A DNA stretch of 64,000 nt. It comes from Chrysomallon squamiferum (lineage: Eukaryota > Animalia > Mollusca). Below, piece after piece: positions 28,754 to 42,320 of this stretch. The notes under the pieces are model-generated. The model had not been told where the DNA came from. It made no database searches and saw only the letters and a program-made list of their open reading frames with translations. A program made the translations under genes and the position numbers. The stretch is from the NCBI GenBank assembly GCA_012295275.1, contig CM022679.1:6882001-6946000 (forward strand), in the 5' to 3' direction. Positions within the stretch are counted from its first letter, which is position 1, and every line of letters starts with the position of its first letter.

Positions 28754-31119
28754 CTATTATTTGTCTTCTTCTTCTTTTTCTTCGTAATTATATTTTAACG
28801 AAATAAAAGGTCATATGGGCATGATATCATTTTTTTTTTTTCCTTCTGATTTTTGTTTCACTTTGTTTCATAACAACTCTGCAAATTGCATTTCTGGAGT
28901 TTGCCGGTTAGGCAAAAGTCTGACTACACACAACTTCAGTGAGACTGCCGCTAAACATTAATAAGCGCTTTATGACTTCCAGCTGTAACACGTATTGGTG
29001 CGCTAATGATTAAGGTGGACATAATTTTGACTGTCACTTTCCAAAACACAAGAGTGATGTAGAATGGCTTAAACCAGCTAGCCTACACTGATTTAGTCAT
29101 TAATAAAGAACAGTTTTATTGGAAGAGATTTGCACATATGTCGAAGTGATTTAAGCACAGACGTCTGCAATTATGCAAATATAAGCTGAAGTTTGTAGAT
29201 TTGCATTTATATAATAATCATTACGATTACAGTCGTGCATAATCAAGATAATGCATGTTGAATAAAAATCTAAAATATATATATATATATATATATATAT
29301 CGTCTCTGTTTTCAGATATTTTTGCCTATGTTTAATAGATTAATACAGATGCTTTGTAATCTAACAAATGTTAATTTTATGTCGATATGTGAATGTAATG
29401 GAGAAGAACATTTAGGATTTTAGAAACCTAACGTTTTATTTTAAAGAATAACAGATCAAAATGGATAAATAAGTGGTAGGTGCACTTCCCCATCTCAGAA
29501 AATAAAATATATTTTTTAATATTAAAAATCTTGCATATCAAAGCGAAACCATATAAACCTTTCGGGAATTGACAAAAATAGGAAACGTTTTACCCTCATG
29601 TGAAATACAAGTTTAAAAAGGCGTTAAGAAATCAAAATTAAATATTACTGGAATATAACTTCATTTAAACTGAAAAGATCGTTTTAGAAATGGCTCAAGA
29701 TACAAACATACCGTTAACATCAAAGTAACTGAAAGGGTATTATTGTCGCTGAATCTCAATCATTTCATTTCACAAGCCATAGCGATTAATATCCGATCTC
29801 GGAGCTAAAGGTTAACTATTAATTCATGTCTGCATTACTATTGGCGATGAAAAGCCCAGTTTCTTGAGTTCACGCATCACTTACTAAAATTATGTCTGAT
29901 GCTATTTCCAATTTTAGCCTCATTATTTGTGGGTGTTTTTAAGTGTTATTAATGATGAATGCCTTTATGGGCTGGGAGATGTTTTTGTTCATGTACACTT
30001 GCAACGTCATCACTCTGGAAAAACACTTCGATTATATTTACTTTTAATGTCATCACTTTAGCCATTCAGAAGACAAATATTATTGTTGGAATTTCTTCAA
30101 GTACTCCATTTTATTCTTGTGTAAATAGCTTGAATAATAAGCGCTCTTAACCAAAATACTATAACTAATATAGCCGAAGTTTGAGAAAATTGGAAAATAA
30201 CACTATTTTAGTTTAGGTATTAATAACATGGACATCTTAATCTTGTGACCCCTTATCGAAGATGTCTATTCAAACTGAATATGTTTTTGTCTCTTTGATT
30301 ACTTTTAGTGAAACTATTAGAAAAAATTACCTTATGAGTTCGTGTTTTTTTACTCACACTAAATATCGATCCTAAAATGATCAGGTACAGTTGAATATGT
30401 TTTCGTTTTCTAAACTAGTAAGATGATTAGTGAGGATAAAGTTTTCGATACCCATATTAAGATTCGATAACTAAAATTTTATTTTCCAATAGTTTTAAAG
30501 TATGTCATCGAAAGTTTTTCTCTGCTATACATGTAGATTTTAAATGACAATTTTGATAAACCATAATATTCAAGCTGTGTTCTAAAATTAAGTTATAACA
30601 GATTTTATGGTCATATTTATAAGAAAGTAAGTCAGCTGCAATCTACTTTCTTCTTTTTCTTCTTCTTTTCCCTGTCATCATTATTATTATAAAATTATAA
30701 AATAAATATGCCTGTTCTAAAAAATTTGTTATTGTATTTAATTTAAAAAATATCCATATTATAAATAATCAAATTCAAAGCTCTTCTTTTTTTACTGCTA
30801 AAGATAAATCTTGAAAAGTTAGTTAAAATGTACTGTTTAGTGCTATTTTTGTTTCTTTTTCTTCATTATTATTTTTATTGTTGTTGTTCTTGTTTTAAGA
30901 AATTAATATACAGATGTTGTTTTCTTTTGTTTGTTTTTTTGTTTTTGTTTTTTAATTTAACTTTTCTCCTCAGATTAATTTTAACACCTACGTACATCTT
31001 AAAATCTAGGACTTTAATATAGGAAATAATAACTCATTATCAAAAATCGAAATATCGTGTTAGGTGAACTTTCTTAATTTTAATGTATAGTGTTTTGTTT
31101 GTTTGATTTTTTATTTCTC

Positions 31120-31975
31120 TCAATCCTCGTTCATTGCGTTTTGGCGAGTTAAGGAGCAGTGAATGTTAATTGTCAACGATTTCTCCATTCTTCTCAATCA
31201 GTCTTTCCTACATCGATCTCACAGCTCGCTTGTTCTCTATTTCGAGACGATGCTGCTGTAGACGTATTTACAGCTCTTCCAGCTTCCGAGATCCATTAAT
31301 TCCTCACACTGGAGTGGCTTTCTGGAAGAATTTATTTGGATCTGTTACAGTCTTGTGGAAATTTAAAAAGCAAATGTCTTTAATTAAAAGTGTTTAAATA
31401 CACACATACAGACAAATACTAATAAATGTATACGAAAGTACGTGCATATATACATAAACATACATACAAGAAGATATTCAAAAAATATACAATTCTTTTG
31501 GACATACATCCATCCATCAATCTATCCATACAGTTACACACAACATTGAACCGATTTTCTCTAATCCTGAAATCTGTCATGCTGACCACTTATTCAGCAA
31601 AATTCTGCAGTGAAATGAGGATTTTAGAATTCATGGACAAAATCCCAAATTGTTTTCTATTTTTCTTTGTGTCTAATACTACAATAAAGCAAACTGCTAG
31701 GACAGTATTCAAAAAGACATAATACAGTATCTCCCAGCTCCACCAGTGGAAGAACACCAGGAAATGATTCAATTTTTCGGATTGATATTGAATACCGAGA
31801 AGTGCCAACTTGGTCTGGAAATAATGCTAGATTGTTCCCTGTAGACATTCATTTGTAGAATAGTCTCACTGATGTCAAAGAATAGTATTTTTTTCTTTGA
31901 GACCATTGAGCTGCTATTTCTTAATGTAAATCCTCTCCTAATAATGGATAGGGCCGGTGAAATGAGAAACAATCA
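31120..31975 (-). pseudogene. Unidentified decayed coding-like relic (pseudogene or TE fragment), interrupted by a CATA-rich simple repeat
   Basis: The minus strand near 31330-31165 reads KATPV*GINGSRKLEEL*IRLQQHRLEIENKRAVRSM*ERLIEKNGEIVDN* (coiled-coil-like with stops). Three overlapping 63-72 aa ORFs in different frames lie at 31590-31972. Family not recognised. Confidence 0.35.
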
Positions 31976-32268
31976 AACAATACGTATACACAGATCAAAA
32001 ACCATTATTATTATTATTTAAAACTATTTATTTTATATACTCATTATGCTTTATTTTAGTAATTTTATTCTTTATCTACTGAAGTTTAACTTAGTAACTG
32101 CAGTAGTCGTAGTGCATTCTGTACTTACATCCGAGAGACTTACGTGTTACTGCATGACTGTTTGACTACATACATGTACGTTGGCGATTATATCTTCTAT
32201 TCTTTTTTATTATTATTAGTGTTTCATTATTACTATTATCATTATTATTATTTGTGTTTCATTATTAC

Positions 32269-32326
<58 letters not shown>

Positions 32327-32934
32327 GCTAGATCGTTCTTTCTTTTAATTAAATATATTACAAATTGGCACTTGATTTTCTGAAATTCTTGAACCGTTCC
32401 TGACAGGTATCGATCAAATCGGCACCTGCTTTAAAATTAGCCGTACCTGTTGATGAATACTCTATAATAATAATCACAGCTGATATATACTGACCAGCTG
32501 GTAATTACTTCTCATGAATCCATCATAATTATATTGACTGCGCATGAATAGCTTCGTTTAGCTATTTATCTTGGTCACAGTCTCAAGCGAGGTCAGCTTA
32601 GAGATGGCTGAATTTTGCAGACTTAAGCTAATTAGTTTACGTGTGATATACATCTCTTGCATACACAATATATTTCACGTTAATTTTTCACACATCATAT
32701 GGCAAATTAGTTTTTCTTGTCTGAAGACGGGACGAAACTTTTCGCACATAATTTAATGCAGGTCAAAATATAAATTTCTCCAGGTTAGTATATAACAAGT
32801 CTTTTTATGTGCAAAACTATAAAACTGGAAACTGGAGATACAATTTTAATTACAAGATAAATAGATGGAAATAAAACATTTAACATTTATGCTGAGAAAA
32901 TATTCTTACGTGTGTAGAGAAATATATCAAACAG

Positions 32935-32977
32935 TAATAATAATAATAATAATAATGATGTTGATAATGATGATGAC

Positions 32978-33053
<76 letters not shown>
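32935..33053. repeat. (TAA)n/(TGA)n/(TTA)n/(TAG)n compound microsatellite
   Basis: Direct reading. Confidence 0.9.
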
Positions 33054-33054
<1 letters not shown>

Positions 33055-33204
33055 CTGATGGGAAAATAACAAAGAAAAAATAAAACAAGAAAAATTTAAA
33101 ATATAATTGTTTTTTTTTTTTTTTTTTTTTAACTAATAATATTTTTTCAAGCACATGAGATCCAATCGGATATTATAAACTAGTTTAGTTAAATAGAAAT
33201 TATC

Positions 33205-33316
<112 letters not shown>

Positions 33317-35056
33317 AAAACATTGAATAATATACCATAATCTTTCTGCATTAATCTTCACTGATTCTACTATTCGCTGAGAGAGAGAGGGTCTGTGTTT
33401 GTTAGTATGTATAAGAATATGTAAGCATATATATGTTAATAATCTTCCACAGAGTTCATTAATATATTTAGCCTGACCATTAACCTATAAAACTTACAAT
33501 TATTAATTCCGCTGAAAGATTCCAGTACTTGTGGAAGCGACCTCTTAACAAGGACATGGCGACCCTTTAATATGTTGAGACTATTTGCAGTTGCGTTGCC
33601 ACCAGTCTTGCAAAATTCAAAATGCCTCCAAAATGCCTCAGTTCCTTCAGCACCTAATAACGTGGAGGGCCGAGGGGTCGGTCGAGATTCAGACAGCAGT
33701 GATTAGATGGCTAACGGTCAGAAAACCGTGAGCTTTTTTGAAGAGTTTTGAAAAAAAATATCCACACTAATTAAGCCGCTCCCATTCATTTCCATTTCTG
33801 TATTCCTAGCAACAAATACAGATGTTTTGTAAGTCAAGTGCAAATAAACAGCAAGCACCGATAGCGTCAGATACGAACTTTGTTGTCTCTGTTTACTGGG
33901 AGAAAATTCCACAGCTCAAGTCTTTACTTAGAAAACAACAAGTAGACGGAAAATTAATTTATTCCTTACTCAGAATTTTCTGTCTTTGAACGAGTCAAAG
34001 ATAAAGAGGAAAAACCTACAATGTAAAGAAAAGAATATTGGTTTAGCTCTGAAATTAGTCATCCAAACAAAATGAGTAGAGAGAATCTATGGATTAAGAT
34101 ATAAGACCGTCAGGAAGCCATAAAATTGTAATGATCAACTGAAAGGCTTTGGACATTTTTCCAGTTTGTAATTTCTATGCTACTATATTTAGTTTGCTTC
34201 AAGTGCATCGAGACATTACGATCATCATTAGGAGAGACAAAGCAAATACAAGTTTGGAGGAAATTATGGTCGTTTAAGAAATATCATGATAACCAAATCT
34301 AGACGTATCCTTTTTTTTATGTTTGTTTATTCTACCTTTCTTTTTTCTCCATCTTCCTTCTTACTAAGTTTTTGTTTTTATTAATCTATGTATACAATAC
34401 TGTATATGTGTGGATAATATTCATAATATCTCGCAATGGAATTTTTGACATCGAACTATCCTTACCTTGTTTCATTTTAAGATATTTTCATATTTATTTA
34501 TTTATTTTATTCTTTCCTATACAGTTATTTTCTTTTTTCGCACTAAAGTTTTGCTTACTCAGCATCAAGTGCTTTAAAACAGAGAACCTGAACAAAGATA
34601 AACAATACTTTTACTTGACAATAGCGTGTTTATCACTGTAATGGCCGTTCAGTTTCTGGCAGGTCAAGAGAGTCACTCGATGTCGATGTAATTCTAATAA
34701 TATTCCTAAAAAGTTATTTTAGATTAATCCACAGTTAAATAAATAATACTGCAATCAATCCTTTACATTTATTTATAAACAGGTTTCTTCAAATAATGAG
34801 TTTTTTCTTCTTTTGCTATTCTTCTGAGATGCATATAGCGAATCTTCTTTGCGTATTTGTCGATATATTTGGATTAATCTGAAATAAATATAATTGTATT
34901 CATAACTGTTGCCTTATGAAGAATGTCGCATTTTAAAGAAAAATTGACTGTTATGTTTTTTAATCATTTTTGTTTTCACTGTTACTAGCATGCATAATTA
35001 TGTACATTCATTTCATGCGTAAACAGAGACATGCACTCACGTACGTACGTACATCA

Positions 35057-35920
35057 TAAATAACAAGACTAGATAATATATGTTCACTGAAGCATAAATA
35101 TCTCAAACTGATAACCTACTTTGACGCATAAATAACAAGAATTGATAATACATTCTGTGACTGGCGTATTAAACAACAAGAACTGATAGTACATTCTTTG
35201 ACGTATTAAATAACTAGAACTAATAGTACATTTTTTGACGTATTAAATAACAAGAACTAATAATACATTCTTTGACTGGCGTATTAAACAACAAGAACTG
35301 ATAGTACATTCTTTGACGTATTAAATAACTAGAACTAATAGTACATTTTTTGACGTATTAAATAACAAGAACTAATAATACATTCTTTGACTGGCGTATT
35401 AAATAACTAGAACTAATAATACATTTTTTGACTGGCCTGTTAAACAACAATTATGGATAATACATTATTTGATGTATTTAACAACCAGAACTAATAATAC
35501 ATTCTGTGATTTGCGTATTAAATAACAACAATTAATAATACATACTTTGATAGACATAAAAAAAAACAAGAATTGATATTACAAATTTTTACTGACGTAT
35601 TAAACAGTAACAACTGATATTACACAATTTGACAACCGTATTAGATGTCAAGAACTGGTATTATACACTTTGACTGACGTATTAAATAACAGGAACTGTT
35701 ATTAGACATTTTAATGTATTAAATAACAAGAACTGATACTAATATACTGTCTGACTATTAAAAAACAAAAACCGATGAGACATTATTTGACTAAAGTTCT
35801 AAACAACAAGAACCGACAATACATTGTTGTATTAAAAACAAGACATTTATTGACTGGCATATTAAAAAAGAACCGTCAACACATTAATTAACACACTAAA
35901 TAACAAGAGCTAGATACATT
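35057..35920. repeat. Minisatellite of 37/41-bp units (about 20 copies) with a 115-bp higher-order trimer
   Basis: Units taaacaacaagaactgatagtacattctttgacgtat (37), taaataactagaactaatagtacattttttgacgtat (37) and taaataacaagaactaataatacattctttgactggcgtat (41). The trimer starts at 35170 and again at 35285; copies decay toward both edges. Confidence 0.95.
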
Positions 35921-38900
35921 GGAAGAACGACACAAGAAAAACAATTTAATCTCCATCTCACGAAAAGCATATATTCGCTAAAAAATAACGATTTGTTTTT
36001 TTAGTGGAAATAGCAATAATTTATTAAAGCTATGCGTTTTCTTTGACTAAAACATGCTTTATTCCTTCTTTCATTTTTTTTTTTTAATCCTTCGCTTAGT
36101 AAAATTCTTCTTTTTTATAATTATTTATAAAACAAATTGTAAAATGCAAATACGCATAGACAAACAAACAAAAACATCTATTAGATTAAATAATCATTCT
36201 TTAATTCACCAACAAACAGAAACACATACAGACATATCTACATTTTATATTAAACTTCATAGATTCAGAAACATTCACCATTTCTTGACCCTAGCAACAT
36301 AAGAATTTACTCGTTTTTAATCCATACAAGATACACATTAATATGGATTTTCTTTGACAATAACAACCGCTGTAGTTTTACTTATTAATATTTATTATTA
36401 TAGGAGAACACTTAATGATAATCCTGCACTAATAATTAAAATAGCCGGACTTCTCACAGTCAATTTATTTCATTAATGTTTCCATAACGGAAATAACAGA
36501 ATATGAGCACATGCTTAAAAAGATTAATGTGCCAGAAAATGAAATATAGAAAAGAATTTTTCCAACCGAACGTCTCATGTAACCAATATCAAGTGAATGC
36601 CAACATCATGAAATGAAAGGATTTCATGTTCGTCGCAGTTTAATATTAAGTGACAATCATAATTTTCAAATATAATGATAATATATACATGAGATGAAAT
36701 CCATAATTGTCACTCCAAAGGTGGATCTAATCGATTAACAGCAAGGGATATTGCATACAAAAAAAAGAAAAAGAAAACATATATCTTGAAAAACGACACC
36801 AATCTTTTGAAGAATCTAAATGCTGCCAAAAAATAATCATCTACTGAAAATGAACTATCAAACACGAGATTTGTGGGATATTTATCATCGTCATCATCGT
36901 CATCCATATCATCATCTGGATCTTAATTTATGATTACCTAAAACTTTAAATTCAGAAAAATAATAATTAACATTCTAAATAAAATTCAAATAAACTCTAA
37001 AGCAAACTAATGTTTATCTTCATTTCCGATAATCCTACCGTTTCTGTGTGTGATAGTAGCTATTTATTTTATATCTTGGAAATACCTCGTTTGTATCTAT
37101 CTAACAGAACCTAGAACAGCTCTCAATCGGTGCTGTGACAGGGGGTGTTGTTAAATGAAGGTGATCGATTATTCAGTAAATAAAATGAGGCTGTCTGTGA
37201 CCCACAGCTCGAGGAGATAAAACTAACAGTCCTGTGTGAATAGAAAGTACTTGAATGGTCTTGTCTTGGTGTACTTCAAATCAAACCTAGGTAATTGGTC
37301 TTTGCATTTTCACACACAGCCGAATTTTGATGTCTAACCTTTCCTTTGAATAATCAAATCAATTACAGAACTGACACTTGTCCCAGAATGGCCACACGTT
37401 CATTGGATAATCCCTAAATACTGAAATATACTGTTTTTATATGTAGTAGTCAAAGGCTAAGTGACTGAACCTCAAGATAATCCTGATTTATTAAACACTG
37501 CTCCATGAAAATATTTCCACTGTTAAAGGTCTCTTACTATATGAAGATCTCAGATGTTTGAACGATCTCCTAAAGCCAAAAAACAACAAAAAACTTTGCT
37601 ATTAAAAGACAATCCAGTATGCTTATAAGCAGAGTCAGTTCTATCTGTAAAATGATATTATGTATGATAATTTTTATTGAACAGTTCATCTATGGATGAT
37701 CCCTAATGCTGTTATACAATAATCCTGTTATGGCATAAGTTAAGTATTGTTTTTATTAGGCAGTCATTAAAGAATAAAATGTTGCTCTTGTTATGTAATA
37801 CTAGGCGGCACAGGACTGCAGTCTTTCAGTAATTCCAGATGTTACGATGCTGCTATTTTATTACAGATTCCGTAGAATTTAGAATTCGGCACTTACTTGG
37901 CAATATCCGGCTAACAAACCCCTTATCACAATAGAAATTTCATTAAACACCGCTTTCTGCTATTTAATACTAAAATATAAAGTGTTCAAACGCTTACACA
38001 CAGCTGGGGTTTCAAAATACGAAAATGAATACAGCTTTTATTAAGATTAAAAAGCTTTAATTCTGGCCTCTTTTGGGCAATTCCCTGAACGCTAAAATGC
38101 TGCTCTTGTTATGGAATCTTCAAACAATTATGACCATGTAATCCCCAAATACTATAACACCGCTATTATGGAATTCTGAAAACGTAACCAGGGAGTCTTC
38201 AGATGCTAAAACTTTGATGTTATCTGAAAATCCCCAACTGTGAAACACTTTAGTTAAGGCTGAATAATGTTCTAAATGGCACTTTCTTGCAAACATTTGC
38301 AATCCTAATTGATAAAATTGGTAATATTTTTATGACTTATTTTCTATAATCAGTAAAAACAACACACTGTATATGTACATTAACGTATACTATTACTTTA
38401 AATACTAACAGTATATATCGTTACATGTTTTTGTCAACAGGTTATACACCTAGTAATATTTTATCTAATGTTTATTTTTAAGATGATTGTATTAAATATC
38501 TTTATAATAGTATGTGCAATGATTTTATTAAAAATTACTGATATTCTACCAGTAAAAAATATCCGATGTTTTTTAGATTCCTTATTCCAAATGTATGTAT
38601 GTATGTATCTGTGTATGTAGATACATATGTTTGTATAACATATACAAGTGTGTGTATGTGCGTTTGCTTTTGAATTTTTACTCTATTTATTGCGTATGTT
38701 TTGAGTGTATTTTGTTGGTTAAAGAGATAGATATATAAATATAGAACAAAAATAAGCAACACTTCATGAATATTGTACATAGATCTACTACACAATGTCG
38801 TATTTGTAGAGAATATAGATTTTTCACACCTTCTTTGGTCAGCCAGGTAATCAGTTATATCAATGTCGGAGGAACCGGACAATGTTGACAGTACGTGACT

Positions 38901-39994
38901 AAAACCAGTGACGAAAATCCGTAAAAGTCACTATTTTAAAACAGAAAAGCAAATTAGAAAAATGGAAGGAAAACCTAATGAAAAAAAAAATAATAATAAT
39001 AATAAAAATAAAATAAAATACAAATAATAAAAAGTTCTGAAAATAATTTGTATTTTACGAATTTAAAATGTAACATTTTAATATCGGTTTTCTTCCTAAT
39101 CTGAAAAAAAAGAAAAGATACTACCTTTGCTATTTTTTTTTACAATAAACATATATTGGTACAAATGCATGAATACTATCGCTGTATATCGAGGCATCTT
39201 TGTTTTCCATTTTCTATTCATTTACGAGACGATGGCTGTGAAGATACTTCCTTATCTACTCAACTGTGCATACACATGTACATCCATACGTAGATGTATA
39301 CATCCACTTAGTTCATTGAAAACAATAAGATTAAGCATTAAAAATAAAAAAAGGTGTCAATCTAAATAAATAAATAATTAATAAATAAATAATGTTATCA
39401 TCATTATCATCATTATTGCAAAGATATATTTTTTATTTTTTATTTTTTTAATTTTTTTTCGAAAAGAAAGCAACATCACTGTGACAAAGCAACAAGAACA
39501 AAACGTTTCACCTTACAATAGTAATAAGAAGAAAAAAAAAAAAAAAAAAAAAAAAGGCTGAAAAATAGAAAAGAAAAATGTGAAGTATCACTGTACAATG
39601 TAGATGATAGATTGCGTTGTATCAGTAGAAAACTACGGAACAAATATGGCGGAAAATATTACAACAGGAACTAGCCTAGTGAATACGTTATTATTGAAAG
39701 TGACACACTGATGTTTCGTGGCATACGTCCTAACATGATTAGCAGTTTTTATATCAAACTGCGTGTCTAGAATCTATTTTAGGCTTATTTTAATAAATGT
39801 TTTTTGGATAATGTTTGCTTCGAGGCATTTCCGTTACTGACTTCAAGAAACATAAAGTGATATCAAATAAGCGAGAATAATGAATATATAATCATTAATG
39901 AGCAAGATATAACAACAACAACAATAATAGTAAATAGTATATATATATATGTATATATTTTTAAGAATTAATGTTTGGCCAATAAATGTTAATG

Positions 39995-40029
<35 letters not shown>

Positions 40030-40409
40030 CTCTTTAAATTATTATTAGTAGTAGTAGTAGTAGTAGCAATAGTAGTAGTAGTAGGAGGAGGAGATCTCAA
40101 AAGCCACAACATAATAAACGGAAAATAATCTTTCAAGAAAACCGAATGAAATATGGAAAATACATTTATTAAAATGTGAAAAAAAAAAAAAAAAATTATG
40201 ATGATAATGATGATGATGATGATGATAATGCACAGAACTGCTAGAAGAAAATTAATCAAAAAGGAAAAAAAGTTTTTTTTAAAATGAATATTATCATCTT
40301 ATAACGATGTCTTTAGGTGGTTTCATCACTTTGAATAACAAGTACTGTTCACAATCTGTGAAGGCTCTGAATTGCAAGTACCTGAGTTAAGAGCTCAAAG
40401 AGGACGTGA

Positions 40410-40417
40410 TGACGTCA
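40410..40417. promoter_or_regulatory. CRE palindrome TGACGTCA about 1.7 kb upstream of the PKG exon
   Basis: Exact consensus in context ggacgtgaTGACGTCAaat; function untested. Confidence 0.35.
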
Positions 40418-40518
40418 AATGGGGAATTAATCACAACAAACGAGCAATCGAACATCTGACAACGTCAGATAGGAAATGATACATAGATTGCCCAATCTAA
40501 ACGAAGTAGGAAATTTTA

Positions 40519-40556
<38 letters not shown>

Positions 40557-41731
40557 GCTTCTTCTTCTTCTTTTTTTTTTCTCCAAGAACAAAATTATCA
40601 GAAATAATTTTTTTTTTTTTTTTTTAAAAAAATAATAATAATAATAATAATTTTAATAATGATGATGATGATGATGATGATGACGATGATGATTATGATT
40701 ATGATAAATAAAAAATAAAATGAAAAAGTAATTAGGAAAGAGGAAAGTTCAAATATTCACATAACCGTAAAACTAATATAGCTATTTCATTCCATCGAAA
40801 TAATTCTATTTTCTAAGTGTACATCCATTCATTCATCCGTTTGTAGACCTACATCATATATGATGCACTTTAAAATAGTTAAATCGACCCTAAGGACCTC
40901 AGCTATAGTCTATAGATGCATACATCCTGCGATCGAATGTTAAACGAGCAAAAAGTATGTAAGTTAATAAGTAAGTAAATAAACAAAAACGCAATATTGT
41001 TGTTCTTTTGTTTTTCTTTGTGTGAAGATTAAATTCATATTCGAAGTCAAATGATGAATCCAAATGCGTAACAAGATAGGTGATTAATTTTCGTCTGAAT
41101 TATATCGCTATAGATAAATCCGTTTTATTACTCTGTCGATGTTGTGAAATCCCAGATGTACGAAAAAGACGTAATAGGCGTTCTGATATAGAACAAACGT
41201 CACGGTCTGTACATCAGTATTGATCTAAAGCTATTTTAAAATGTGCAGGTACATTTGTTAATACCTGTGTGTACAGACTTCTGCGCGAACTGAATGTGTA
41301 ATTAATAACAAACATAGGACGTCATTATTTCAATCTCGTGTTAACATCTAATTACGTAGAGTTTTACACGTCTGTTAATGACAAATCGCTGGTGCCTGCT
41401 TAACTACCTATCCACTTATTAACAACTTACAAGCAAACGTATAAATACAAATACAAATAATTTCAGTAATATGTTTGTCTCTTCATCTGTCTCTCTGGAC
41501 TTTTTTGTCTGTCTCTCTATTTCTTTCACTCTTTCATATTCTCTCTCTCTCAGTCTCTCTCTCTCTCTGTATTTCTCTCTCTGTATCTCTTGGTATATGG
41601 TCCCTTTAGCTTCGAGACAACAAGATCAAATAATAAATGTAGTAATGTAGTTAGTAATTAATTATTATTATTTTTTTTTTTGTTCTTACGAGGTGGAGAG
41701 AGATAATTTGTTTTTAAATTTAAATACTCCG

Positions 41732-41733
<2 letters not shown>

Positions 41734-41805
<72 letters not shown>
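41734..41805. repeat. (TC)n microsatellite about 340 bp upstream of the PKG exon acceptor
   Basis: Direct reading. Confidence 0.95.
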
Positions 41806-41808
<3 letters not shown>

Positions 41809-42157
41809 GACATATAATGTTTTTATTACGACATGATTAGGTTCGGAGAATTTTTAAAAGTGTAATTAAACTATGCATACCTACCTATGAAATACTACCT
41901 GAAGATATAATGTAGAAAGTTCACATATCGACGTCCGTATAGAAATGAACTATCTGGACATGATGTATCAAACTACACATACAATTTGTTTACCTCAATA
42001 CTTTGACACATGACTGACACATCCATAAGCGTCCCTACATGAGTAAGAACAAAGATTCATTGTCCACGTGGATTTTGTTTGATCTTACACAAAACACGAG
42101 AATGTATAAATGTTAATATTTTCTTTGATTTTTTTTTTTCCAGACCGTTTTCCTGTG

Positions 42158-42190
42158 ATGGCAATAGTTCCAGACATGTTTGTGTTTTGA
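42158..42190 (+). promoter_or_regulatory. Upstream ORF (MAIVPDMFVF*) in the putative PKG 5' UTR
   Basis: gtgATGG start (G at -3, G at +4), a second ATG inside, TGA at 42188-42190; out of frame with the main ORF. Confidence 0.45.
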
Positions 42191-42310
42191 TCCTAGTGCG
42201 GACGATCGCAAAAGAAACGTTGCCTAGCGATATTTGATCAGCAGACGCCCAGCTGAGCACGTGTTGTTGAAATATACACATCGTTGAACCAACCACCATC
42301 AATATCGATT

Positions 42311-42320
42311 GTGACGTCAC
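42311..42320. promoter_or_regulatory. Full CRE palindrome GTGACGTCAC, 8 nt before the first PKG ATG
   Basis: Exact match to the CREB/ATF consensus TGACGTCA; function untested. Confidence 0.4.

Noticed and set aside
35057-35920. CRISPR-like appearance of 37-41-bp repeats
   Set aside because: Units are contiguous with no unique spacers, there are no cas genes, and the context is eukaryotic.
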